Assembly (NCBI GenBank): GCA_977017645.1 | Contig: OZ360235.1 | Location: 39,060,001 to 39,124,000, forward strand | DNA: 64,000 nucleotides | Direction: 5' to 3' | Origin: Torpedo marmorata | Lineage: Eukaryota | Shown: piece after piece, positions 49,362 to 61,098 of the stretch | Layout of the letters: the number at the start of each line of letters is the position of its first letter | Numbering within the stretch: the first letter of the stretch is position 1 | Made by a program: the position numbers and the translations under genes | Notes under the pieces: generated by a model | Told to the model about the DNA's origin: nothing | The model's database searches: none | Seen by the model: the letters and a program-made list of their open reading frames with translations, nothing else

Positions 49362-50792
49362 AGGTACTGGAGGATTGGAGAATGGCAAATGTAGTCCCCT
49401 TGATTTAAAAAAAGGTAATAGGGAAAATCCTGAGAAGTATAGACCAGTGAGTCTTACGTCAGTGGTGGGCAGACTATTGGAGAGGATTCTTAGGGACTGG
49501 ATTTATGAGCATTTAGAGAAACATAGTCTTCTCAGGGATTGTCAGCATGGCTTTGTCAGGAGCAGTTCGTGCCTCACAAGCCTAATGGGAGTTTTTTGAG
49601 GAAGTAACAAAATAAATTGATGAAGGTAGGGCGGTAGATGTGGTGTATATGGATTTTAGTAAGGCATTTGACATGGTCCCCCATGGTAGACTCATTCAGA
49701 AAGTCATGAACCATGGGATCTATGGAACCTTGGCTGTGTGGATTCAGAATTGGCTTTGCCTGCAGAAAGCATGGGGTAGTAGTAGGTGGAACTTATTCTG
49801 CCTGGAGGTCAGTGGCTAGTGGAGTTCCGCAGGGATCTGTTCTATGATCCATGCTGTTTGTGATTTTTTTTTTTAATGACCTGGACGATGAAGTTAGTTT
49901 GCAGATGACGTGAAGGTTGGAGGTGCGATGGTGTAGAAGGTTATCGTAGATTACAACAGGAGATAGAAAGGAAGCAGAGTTGTGCGGAAAAGTGGCACAT
50001 GGACCAATCTGGTTAAGTGTGAAGTGATGCATTTTGGAAGGTCAAACTTAAAGATGGAGTACATGATTAATGGCAGGATTCTTAACAGCATGGTAGAATA
50101 GTGGGACCTTGGGGTCAAATTCATAGATCTCTCAAGGTTGCTGCGCAGGTTAATAGGGTAGTTCAAAAGGCTTATGGTATGCTGGCTTTCACAAGTTGGG
50201 GGATTGAGTTCCAGAGTTGTGAGTTAATGTTGCAGCTCTATAAAACTCTGGTTAGACATCACTTGGAATATTGTGTTCAGTTCTGGAGGATGTGGAAGTT
50301 TTGGAAAGGGTGCAGAGGAGATTTACCAGGATGTTACCTGGATTGGTGAACCCGTCTTATGAGGCAAGGTTAATTGAGCGAGAGTTTTTTACTTTAGAGC
50401 GAAGAATGATGAGAGGTGACTTAGTAGAGGTCTACAAGATTATGAGAAGCATAGATAGGGTGGACAGCCAGCACTCTTTTCCCAGGGTGACAGTAGCAAA
50501 CACCAGAGGACAGCTGTACAAGGTGAGGGGAGGAAAATTTAGGGGAGACAATGGGGGTAAGTTTTTTTTACACAGAGAGTAGTGGGTGCCTGGAATGCAT
50601 TACCAGGGTTAGTGGTTGTGGCTGGTTCTATAGGAACATTTAAATGACTCTTAGACAAGCACATGGATGCAAGAAAAATAGAGGGTTATGGGTTTGAGGT
50701 AGGGAATGTTTAGATTATTGAGTAGGTTTATATTGGTCAGCACAACATCTTGGGCTGAAGGGCATGTACTGTGCTGTAATGTTCTCTGTTCT
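49362..50792 (+). mobile_element. CR1 LINE RT/3' region (decayed)
   Basis: YRPVSLTSVVGRLLE, QHGF..SSSCLT and LVRHHLEYCVQFW peptides. Confidence 0.9.
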
Positions 50793-51439
50793 AAGTGTGA
50801 GATAATGCATTTGGAAAGGAAATTCATAGTTTTTAGCATACTATGAATGTGAAGGACTCTTGAAGAGATTGTCCACAGATTTCTGAACATAGCAGAAGAG
50901 TTGGAAAAAAGGATTAAGAAGGTATGTGCATCCTTAGCATCATTGTCTGAGATCTGGAATATAAGGGTCAGGATTTCTATAATTTGATTTCAAGAGTGCT
51001 GCATTGGAGTCCTATTTCCATTATTGGAGAAGGTCCTGAGAAGCTGTCTGAGAATGTTGGCAGGGCTGAAAAGTTTCAGCTATGAGAATAAATTTTATTT
51101 GATATTATTGTGAGATTAAATTTTACAATATAAAATTGTGGGGTCTGAGTCAAAGTGGATATGATGTACTTGCAGCCCTTTTCAGAGAGATTGGGAGGTA
51201 GCAGTGTTAAATTAGAATGTAGATTTTATTGTTTTTTAAAAACAGTATTTACCGGTAACTACAGGTTTGTTGAAAAATTATGCTTGGTAAATTATTCCAT
51301 CGCCAAGGATGATTTGTTTTCTTTTTTCAGTTGATTATTTAAGAATTAAAATGAATATATTTACCACTTATTACCTGTTATATTTATATCAGTTGTACTG
51401 TACTTCAATCTTTGACACTTCTGTTTTCTACTTTCTTAG

Positions 51440-51543
51440 CCATCATTGAACCCTCCTGGAGGAACTACGTGTGATATAGTGCTTTTGAACCGATGGAGTG
51501 TGAGGAAATATGAAGTCAAGCGAGGTGACATTGTATCTCTCAT
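51440..51543 (+). CDS. IMMP2L: IMMP2L second coding exon
   Basis: cttag|CCA...CTCAT|gtaagt, 104 nt, phase 0->2. Reads [34 protein letters not shown], containing the RGD(I)V box. Later exons are not seen in the window. Confidence 0.95.
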
Positions 51544-54373
51544 GTAAGTAACACATTTAGCTTTGTTTTAAATGAAATATTTTTTCAACCATTTGTTAAT
51601 TTTGAAAATAACAGATCGCTTTTGACTTTATCATTACACGACTATTTTTGTTTCGAGTACTGGCTCTGCTTTTTATGGTCCATGATAAAATATCTTTTAT
51701 TTATGAAAATGATAGATTACACAAACTAACATGAATGACTATGTTTTTCTGTGCTCCAGCAGTTTCTAGCTTTTTAGTAGATATTCCAGGCAATGTCGTA
51801 TTTGAGATCAAAGTAATCATGAGTCGGAAAGTTTACAAAATCTTTTTGTGAAGGGCAGAATGTGACACAAACATTTTAGCTTTATTTTTATTTTTTTTAT
51901 TTTAAACACTTTAAACACCTCTGTGTCAGAGAAATTCAGAAACATTTTTATCAGTCAACAAAAATAGGGTTTGCTGGCTTTCAAAAATCCATTGCTGTTC
52001 TCTGGGATTCTTCGCACCAACAAGGCCGACCCTCCACGTTAAAATTTAGTGGTTACAGGTGGTGGGCTGCTGCCTGTGAAATCTGCACTTTAAAAAAAAA
52101 TCTTTTAGAGAAATTCCTCATCAATCTTTCCTTGGTTTACCCCAACCTTTTATTTGCTGAAACCATGAAATTCTTGCAAGATTATGCTTCTGCCTTTGGT
52201 GTCCATCTGAACTGCAATCAAAATGCTCTCAAAGCTGATGATATTTTGACTCTGAGGTGATCTTCCAACATCAAATCAGCATTATCACAAAGTCAATTTT
52301 CTTCCCTGGTTTAAATCACCTGCTCATAAAATCTTTCTTTGATTTTATTATCTATAAGTTTATCTATTCTAATGTGCTTCTGCCGAGCATCCCTTCTTTT
52401 GGCCTCAGTAAACATTGTCATCTACAGATGAGCGATCAATGTCACACTCACCCAGATCTCCTGTGGTTGGTACCCAATGTTGGTTCTTAATTTAGGAGCA
52501 TCTTAGTTTTAAAATTCTCACCTTTGTTTAGAGTCCCCTCCATGGCTTCCACTGTCCCCATGTTTCTAAGCTTCCCCAGTTTTTTTTTCTTTAGACATAC
52601 CTGTGCTCATCCATGTCTGGTCTTTTGATAATCTCTGAATTTCATTTTTCCACCATTGGCAGCTGTGCTGCACTATTTCTTTATGTAGCTTGGAGTAAAC
52701 TTTGATAATGTCCTCATGAAACTTGGGGCATTTTGCTACAGTAGAGGTGCTACTTAGCTACAACTTGTTTATGTTCTTTTATCAAGTACACCAGGCTGTT
52801 TTTGACGTTAATGGAGCTATGTGCATGCAAATTGTTGGATCTTAAAACTGACCTATACTTGTTAACAACATGCAGAAATTGTACTTTGAGTGTATATCCT
52901 GTACATTATGGACCCTAGAATGTTTGCTGCTCTGAGTTGTAAAGGAAATGGCAAGCTAACCTCTTAGAATATAGATTTTGAGTTCCTGATGGAGCAGCTA
53001 CATAACTGATCCAACCAGTCAAGTGAATAAATTGGATGAACCGTTATGCATGATGTTCAAAGAAATGTTTACATGTGGAAACGGTATTGAGGTGTGAAGT
53101 TGATCTCTTTTTTAGTTGATACAAAAATTAAATATGTCAGTATGCTAATTCAAATAAAATCTCTTCCTTCTATTAAATTAAGTAACACCATTTACTGAGT
53201 TTAATTTTGTTGTCACAAAGCATGGACTTTATCTATGACTTTCTATAATGTACTTTTAATTTTGATATGGAATTAAAACTTGGGGCATTTATTTGCTGAG
53301 CAGCTGGAGTGTATGTGACATGCATTTATAATTGCTAAGAAGTCAATTTGTCAAAGGGTAATTGGAACTGAAAGCACAAACTTTGTCTTTGACACTTGCC
53401 TTGCCTGAATTCTTCCATTGGTGCTTTCTATATAAGATTTGTGAGATTCTTTTGTGGTGCATCATTTTAACTGTTAATATTTGTAATTATAAAATCTATA
53501 AAAAAGTTGCCTGACCAAGCTTCCATTGCAAACAACCAAAGACGAGCTGTTCTGACACTTGTATGTTTAAAGCAGCCACTTTGTACCTTCTTGTCTTGGC
53601 TGAAACCATTTTTGTCTGCATAAAAAATGTTTGAATTTCAGTTTGAGGGATTTTTGAAAGCCATGGTATAAGTTAGAGAAAACAATTTGTTTGTGAATCC
53701 TAGTCAATATTTTGATTATTGCCAATAACATCAAATGATGTAAAAAAAACCCAGTTCTGATGAAGTCATTAGCCTCAAATGTTAATTTTGCTTATCTTTC
53801 AATAATTCTGCCAGACCTGCTGACTGCTTCTTCAGGATTTACAATACAGGCAGTATTTTTTACTAAAAACATCTAGAGCGAAGAGATGATTTGATAGAAG
53901 AACGCTATCTTACAGAAAACCAAATGTCATTACGTGCTCAGAGGGCAGTTATCTTAAAATGAAAAGGGATCGACAGCTTTTTGACTTTAGTTACACTGAT
54001 CAATAACTTGTGTTTGATTCAGGTGAAAATTGCAACCAGGATGATAAACATGATAACAAAACTACAGCATGTTTAGTCTTGGTCAAAGTAACTCATTATT
54101 TATTGCTCGGTTTCCATCAGAAAACCTTTGGATTTGAAAAAGTATTTGAAAAATTTTAGCAGTTTAACTTCATTATACTACATCTTTTATTTTGCTGTGT
54201 GCATTGCCTTTTTGTTATCTGCTATACGAGAAACACTGTGCATGAAAGTTGTATCTAACAGTAGCAAACCAAATTATATATAATATATAACCGACGCTTT
54301 GGGCCTGTAAATGTATGAATGTACTCAGACACACCACGCGCACGCAGACTCACCATAGACACACACACCACAC

Positions 54374-55537
54374 TGTATTGGGAAGGGTCGTGGCTGTCAC
54401 GTGACAGCACTGCCCCTTACCTAATCGGAGGACACACCACCTGCCAATCAAGGTTTGGCCCTGCCCCACCTATTAGTGCACACCCTGCTCGCAGCGCCAA
54501 TTGTTGTGAGTGAGGAAACAGGTTTGGTGGGTCTCGAAGGCAAGGACTCTAGACACACAGCTTTGGTAGTAAAAAATTTATTTACAGAAGGCAAAACGTG
54601 GGGGAATGGCAGCAGAGGCAACACACACACACACATGCACAATTTACAGCAGCCGTGGGAAAATAGTAGCGGCGATGGAACAACACGCACAATTTAATAG
54701 CGATCGTGGGAAAAGTCGGGACGGCAATAATCAACGCGCACAGTTTAATAGCGATCGTGGGAAAAGTCGCGTGAGAACAAAATACACACACACACATACA
54801 ACCAACTGGGTACATACAATAATCAAGAAAAAATCAATACAATGCCCCACCTCCCCTTGACTCAGTACAGGCACGGCTCTATGCTACTTAGGGACACTAA
54901 TTAAACGCTCCCAACCCTTTTAAACAGTGCACATCTTACCAACAATTTCTCCAGTGCCCTTCCACGGTTCTAGGCCTGGAGTGAAGCAGGGTGGTCCCAA
55001 GCTGGCAAAGAGGGAGAACAAAGAACATGTGGCACCTTTATAGTGCTGGGGGGTCCAGCCCAGGTCGTTAGCAGGGGGCCAATGGCTAAGTGCAGGAAGG
55101 TTAATCCAATTACAAAGGCCAATAGCCCAAGGCCAAGTACAAAGGGATTTAAATTGGCCTATGGCAAGGTGTGCACTAATAGGTGGGGCAGAGCCAAACC
55201 TTGATTGGCAGGTGGTGTGTCTCAAAGGCAAGGACTATAGACACACAGCTTTGGTAGTAAAGAAAGTAAAACACGAAAATCTGTGGACACCGTGGTTGAA
55301 GTAAAAAAACACAAATGCTGGAGAAACTCAGCAGGTCAAACAGTGTCTTTTATGTAGCAAAGGTAGAAATACATAACCAACGTTTCGGGCTTGAGCCCTT
55401 CATCAAAGTAGTAAAGAATTTTATTTCAGAAGGCAAAACGTGGGGGAATGGCAGCAGAGGCAACACACACACATGCACAATTTACAGCAGCCGTGTGAAA
55501 ATAGTAGCGGCGATGGAACAACGCGCACAATTTAATA
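54374..55537. mobile_element. Rearranged LTR cluster (plus-strand 5' piece, minus-strand LTR, partial direct duplicate)
   Basis: 54-bp inverted repeat 54431-54484 / 55168-55221. Direct duplication of ~54531-54699 at 55219-55537, split by the Penelope insert. Minus-strand TATAAA and AATAAA. Related to 11266-12015. Confidence 0.65.
55264..55407 (-). mobile_element. Young Penelope terminal-repeat insertion
   Basis: Near-identical to 21184-21327, with flanking direct repeat GTAGTAAAGA (55254-55263, 55408-55417). Confidence 0.85.
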
Positions 55538-55712
55538 ACACACCGACACACGCACAGACAGACACACGCACAGACACACACCCACAGACGTACAGACACA
55601 CACAGACGCACACGTGCAGACACGCAGACGCACAGACACACACACCGCGCACACACACAGACACCGCACACACACACAGTCGACGCGCACACACACGTGT
55701 GTGTCTGTGTAT
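55538..55712. repeat. Imperfect (CA)n/(CAGA)n microsatellite ending in a short (TG)n
   Basis: Direct inspection. Confidence 0.9.
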
Positions 55713-56107
55713 ATATAATCTGTAATTTGGGGCAAATGTCTTCAATTTGCTCTTTTTTGTGGCATCTGATATTGTTTGCAATTATGCGAGTTCTCATGTG
55801 AGGGTGAAAATCTTTAATAATCCACGAGATGGCGGTGTGTAGCTGATTAAATAATTACAGTTTTAAACAGGCAAAATAATGCTTCATTTTGTTCAAAAAA
55901 AAGATATATGATTTGGAATTCACTGATGTGATTCTTTGAATAACAATTAAATTCATTGATCATCTAGATTATTATTAAGTGTCTGCATCTCCAGTAAATG
56001 GAATATTAAATTTTGGAAGCATTTTCACAGCTATCATTTCTGCTGTTCCTGAAGAGAGATGTAAAGTGACTAAACATCATTTGTATGATTCAAAAATTAG
56101 TTGAATT

Positions 56108-57372
56108 CATTTGTTAGAAATATGGAATAAGACAGATAAGGAAATAGGAGGAAAAGGATTGATTTCTTCAAGGATGCCTTAATATCAAAATGGACTTATT
56201 CCATTTACTATTAATAATCAACTATTTAAAATTTGGTTTCAAAAAGGAATTAAGAAAATAAATGATTGTTTTGAAGCTGGGAAATTTATTTCTTTTCAAA
56301 GAATGAAAGATAAATTTAATATATTAGATAATACACTTTTTGCTTATTATCAAATTAGAGCTTTTTTGATTGCGAAATTAGGTCATGCTTTGATTTTACC
56401 AAGACAGAATGAACTAGAATTATTAGTTACTAAAGAAGATGTAAACAAATTTATTTCTCAAATGTATAAATTGTTTCAGAGGAAAATTCCTAAAGTAGGA
56501 ATTCATAAATCAAGATTAAAATGGGAATCAGATTTGAATGTAATAATAGATGAAGAACATTGGAAGCAATTATGTAAATTAAGTATGACGAAGATTATCA
56601 ATGTTAGATATAGATTAGTACAATACAACTTTTTTCATCAATTATATTTAACACCTAAAAAATTAAAGAAATTTAACCCGACATTATCAGGTTTATGTTT
56701 TAGATGTAATAAAGAGGAAGGCTCTTTTGTACATTCTACATGGTTTTGTCCAAAAGTTTATGATTTTTGGTTGAAAGTTAAAAAATTTTTAGATAAAGTA
56801 TTTAAGATTATATTTCCGATGGATCCTATGATATTTTTGTTTGGAGATATTAAAAAATTTGGTATTAAGATGAAATTAAATATGTATCAAATAGAATTTT
56901 TGCGAATTGCTTTAGCTGTTTCAAAGAAATGCATTGCTATTACTTGGAAATCTGATGTTGATTTAGGGCTAGAAAGATGGCATGCAGAACTTCGTTCATG
57001 TATACCACTTGAAAAAATTACTTATAATTTACGGAATAAATATAATTTCTTTTTGAAAATATGGAGCCCATATATGAAAGCTGTTGGATTAAGGATTTGA
57101 AGATCTCTGGACATTGGATCTACTGGCTACCAAACCTCCATAATAAAATTAGTTTATAGATATATTTATTAGATTGACATTCTCCTTACTTTATCTTTTT
57201 CTTCTTTATTTCTTTCTTTTTATATTTTATTAGATTAGTGGGGTTGGGAGGGTTGGGGAGGGGAGGGTGGGAGGGGGGGTGAAAATGTATCACAAGTATT
57301 TTTTGACAATTTTATATTTTATTCTATGTATTTTGTGATTTAAAATTTTAAATAAAATATTTTTTAAAAAAA
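56108..57372 (+). mobile_element. L1-clade 3' fragment (family B), intact 265-aa ORF2 C-terminus
   Basis: CFRC...HSTWFC motif, G-rich 3'UTR, AATAAA and A-tail. No clean TSD. Confidence 0.92.
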
Positions 57373-57569
57373 TAATTTAATTAGCATTTTCTCTGATAAT
57401 TGTACAATTGTCTGCATGAAGCTCAGTCATCAGAACAATTTTCTGCATCATTCGTGCATTTATAAGAAACATTGTTGAGTAATATTTTCTAATTTGTCCT
57501 TTTAACTCTTCCATCTTTTACCTACAGTATATGACACAAAGACTGAAATATTTGATGTACACAAATACC

Positions 57570-57695
57570 CTTTAATAAAATCTAGAATGTGCACTTTAAT
57601 CACATGTGAATTGTTTGATTACAAATCTAAAACTGTGGAACACGGGCAAATAAAGGAAAAAAATATATTTGTCCCAAACATTATGGAGGGCACTG
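57570..57695. mobile_element. Tc1-like transposon terminal fragment
   Basis: Ends GTCCCAAACATTATGGAGGGCACTG|TA, i.e. a CAGTG...-type Tc1 TIR followed by TA. Confidence 0.6.
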
Positions 57696-58628
57696 TATTG
57701 CTCAAGGGAAATTTGGCAGCATGTACAAAATATTAGTTTTCATACAAGAAACTGAGTTCATAAAAACAAGTGTGGTTCAGTATAACATTTGTTGTGATGT
57801 ATCCCAGGGTCTATGTGTAGTTGGCATGGGTCAATCCCAGCTGACATGGGTCAACTTTCTGTAAACGTCAACGATTTGTTTTTTGGCACAGAGAGGATAA
57901 TGTAAATATTTTCTTGCAACACAGAAGTACAGGATTTAGCAACAGTGTGAAGGATTGTAAGAAGGAAAGTTAGCAAGAGATTAGTGAGAGTTTCAATTCG
58001 GTGTGGATAATTAAGAAGGGAGGGAATGTTTTGCCACAGGGAGGGGTTGAGACAAGTACTGATCAATTTTTTTTAGGGAAGTTGGATGAATATTTGAAGT
58101 AAATAAATTAGGGTGGGTATTAGGTGCTGCGACTGGATTACATAGGCAGCTGTAACATCAGTAGGGATTTGGTGGCTCAAAGTGCCATCCTTTTCATTGT
58201 AAATCGACAATGATTGCACATTTCTGATGGTGTGAAAATGGCCAGAGGCAGTTAGTCCCCACTTTTCTTAGACTTCCACAGAAGCCTGCTGGATTTTGCA
58301 ATGAAATTATAGTTGGACGCTGTCCCTCAACGCCTCCTGAACCTCTTCCCTACTCTCCCCATTCTCAAATTCAAGTATCATGACTGTATAAATGAGACCC
58401 AATTCATTTGCCCAGTGCTAAAATACTTTTGTGCTGAAATGAATTGCAGCATAAAACTCGAAGTATGTTTGTGCCCCCAGTTACTGTCATCATTATTGTT
58501 GCCTTCAGCATTGACTTAGGACATCACTACACAAGATGAAGTTGTTTTTCAATTGGAAGGCTGGAAAGTTAGTGGAAATGTCAACTCACAATGAATCAAT
58601 GACTGAAAAGTTTATTATCATATACAAT

Positions 58629-58874
58629 GTAAAGGTAAAGGTTCCATTATTGTCACGTAATACTACATTTAGAATGTAACATACATGAAATTCTTTAATT
58701 TTTGTCTACCGTAAGGCAGACAGAGGGTCACTATTTTGTCCAGCGCCCCTCACAGAAACCTACAGCACCTGGTGTTCCTTGGCGGTCTCCCCTCCAAGTA
58801 CTGACCAGTCCTGTGCCTGCTTAGCTTCAGAGATCAGACAATCCCAGTTGTATTCAGGCTATTGATGCTGTCTA
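58629..58874 (-). mobile_element. 5S rRNA-derived SINE (SINE3-type), apparently full length
   Basis: Minus strand of 58756-58874 aligns with vertebrate 5S rRNA (GTCTGATCTC.GAAGCTAAGCAGG...AGTACTTGGA.GGGAGACCGCC..GGAA.ACC.GGTGCTGTAGG). It is followed by a ~115-bp tail ending GTGACAATAATGGA(ACCTTT)n. Confidence 0.88.
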
Positions 58875-59194
58875 ACAGATGCAAAGAAAGTCTGAAACAC
58901 AATAAGACAATTTAAGTATAATGAACATATATATATATATATATATAAAAAGAGAAGAAAAAATTATAAATATGAAAAGAAATAAAAATTAAGTCCGTGC
59001 TTTTCCAAATATGAGTAAATCCTGACCCTAAGAATCTTCTCCAGTATTTTCCCTACCACTTGTCAGCCTGGATCATCCCTACTGCCCTTCTTAAACAAAG
59101 GAACAACATTGGTTATTCTCCAGTCTTCCGTTAGGACTTCCTAACAGAAAGACCACAGTCTGTCCGGGTTTGTAGCAGAACATCGAGCACTGGC

Positions 59195-60138
59195 GTACCT
59201 CAGCCTGCTCCTGTTAACGCTACTGACCACGACTGCAACGCTAGATCCAGCTCCAACAGTGTCATCAAGTTTGTAGATGACACAACAGTAGTTGGCCTCA
59301 TCAGCAACAACAGCTTCAGAGAAAAGGTAGAAAATCTCATGTTATGTTGCGAGAATAACAATCTAAGTCTCAATGTGGACAAGATGAGGAAATGATTATG
59401 GACTTCAGGAGGACTAGGGACGACCACCCTCCAATGCACATTAATAGATTGGTAGTGGAGAGAGTAGAGAGCACCAAGTTCCTCGACATCCATTTAAGTT
59501 GTGACCTATCCTGGACTCACAACATCTCACTTGTCAAGAAGGCGCAACAGCGACTGCACTTCCTGAGGAGACTGAGGCAGGCAAAGCTACCGGCCACCAT
59601 CCTGTCAGCTTTCTACAGAAGCTCTATCGAGAGCGTCCTGGCTGGCTGCATCACAGTGTAGTATGGTTGCTGTAGAGAAATAGATCGGAGGTCAATCTAC
59701 AGGACCATAAGAGCGATAGAGAGGATCACTGGGGTCTCCCTCCCCCCCATCGACATGATCTACCGGGATCGTTGTCTGAAGAGGGCTCGCAAAATCAATG
59801 AGGACCCCTACCACCCCACACCCAGCGTCTTCCAGCTACTCCCGTCGGGAAAGAGATACAGAAATATCAGAGCTAGAATGACCAGGCTGAGAAAAAGCTT
59901 CTTCCCACAGGCAGTGAGACTGCTGAATGACTGTTGAACTGCTCATACAATCCCTACGAGACTCAACTATTTATTAAACAATATTTATTTATTTTTATAT
60001 ATGTACTACATATAAATCACTTGCAGATATGTGTGCTATGACTATGTATGTGTTTGCATGTTTTTACACCAAGGACTGAAGAACACTGTTTTGTCCAGAT
60101 GTACTTATAGAATTGGATGATAATAATAAACTTGAACT
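59195..60138 (+). mobile_element. Rex1/Babar-like 3' fragment
   Basis: MIMDFRR, KKAQQRLHFLRRL and FQLLPSGKRYR peptides. Tail AATAAACTTGAACT. Confidence 0.85.
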
Positions 60139-60222
60139 GTCTCCTAGGTACATGCTTGTAGCTAAAAAAAAAACGTAAAACTATGTTGAGGCCCCAGCAA
60201 TCTCCTCCATGCCCCTTCAGTA

Positions 60223-61098
60223 TGTTACAAATTCAAACCAGCAACGACACAAGACGCAATGCAAAAGGGGTAAAATTGAAATTTATATTTATTAAAGACA
60301 ATTAAACATATAATTTCACAACAATTAACCCCACTATAAACGTCTATAAACATTATTCTTATCTAAAGAGTTTGTGTGTGTGTGTGTGTAAAGCCCAGAC
60401 CATTACAGTCTGTGCCCAACCCTCATGTAAAAATGGAAAACCTTCCCCAAAACCCCCAGGTCAGTCATAAAAATAAGTCAGTCCCAAAAATACAGTCCAC
60501 AAAAATTCACTCTCTATGTTCAGGGTCCAAATTCAGCTCTGTGTGCTGGCACGAAGGACTTCTTAATGAACTTTGAGGAGAGAGAGACAATGACTGTTTA
60601 AGCTTACGAATGCTTGGCCTGCTTTTCTTCTCTGATGACTTTCCCTTTTGGTAGATACATGAGGGTTGCGACTCCAAATCAGTTTTGGATTGAGGCGTGG
60701 ACTTGGATCTCACAGCCGGACTCGCTGATCTCACGCCTGTTCTCCACAAAAGTTGATTTAAATCAGGATTTTTCTGATACAGGAGGCCATGTGCTATTCT
60801 CCCAGCCTTTTCCCCTGGGATGCACAAGCCTGGATTTTGCTGTCTTCTCCAGCCTTTGCAACTCCAAACAACAATTGAATCTGAATGCTTTTTGCAGAGG
60901 TTTGCACCTGCTTTTGCAAAAGTGCAACAAAGTATCTTTCCACAGCCTATCTCTCTCTGGTGTCTCTCTCTCTCTCTGAGTACAGCAAGTCCTGGGCAAG
61001 TTAACTCTTTCAGTACCTGGTCCCAGTGTGTACTACAAAATACTTCATCCTTCCTGCTGACCGTCCGCAGTCCAAATGGTCGGTCATGGTCCATAACA
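60223..61098 (-). mobile_element. Solo LTR (876 bp)
   Basis: TGTTA...TAACA inverted termini and 4-bp TSD AGTA (60219-60222, 61099-61102). Strand inferred from a minus-strand AATAAA near 60290. Confidence 0.85.

Noticed and set aside
55315-55797. His/Thr-rich and Cys/Val-rich ORFs
   Set aside because: They are translations of (CA)n/(TG)n microsatellite and repeat sequence.
58756-58874. Functional 5S rRNA gene
   Set aside because: The 5' part is diverged, it is not in a tandem array, it lacks a clean oligo-T terminator, and it is fused to a retroposon tail found elsewhere in the window.
60507-61094. 195-aa minus-strand ORF
   Set aside because: It lies entirely within a solo LTR and has no recognisable domain.
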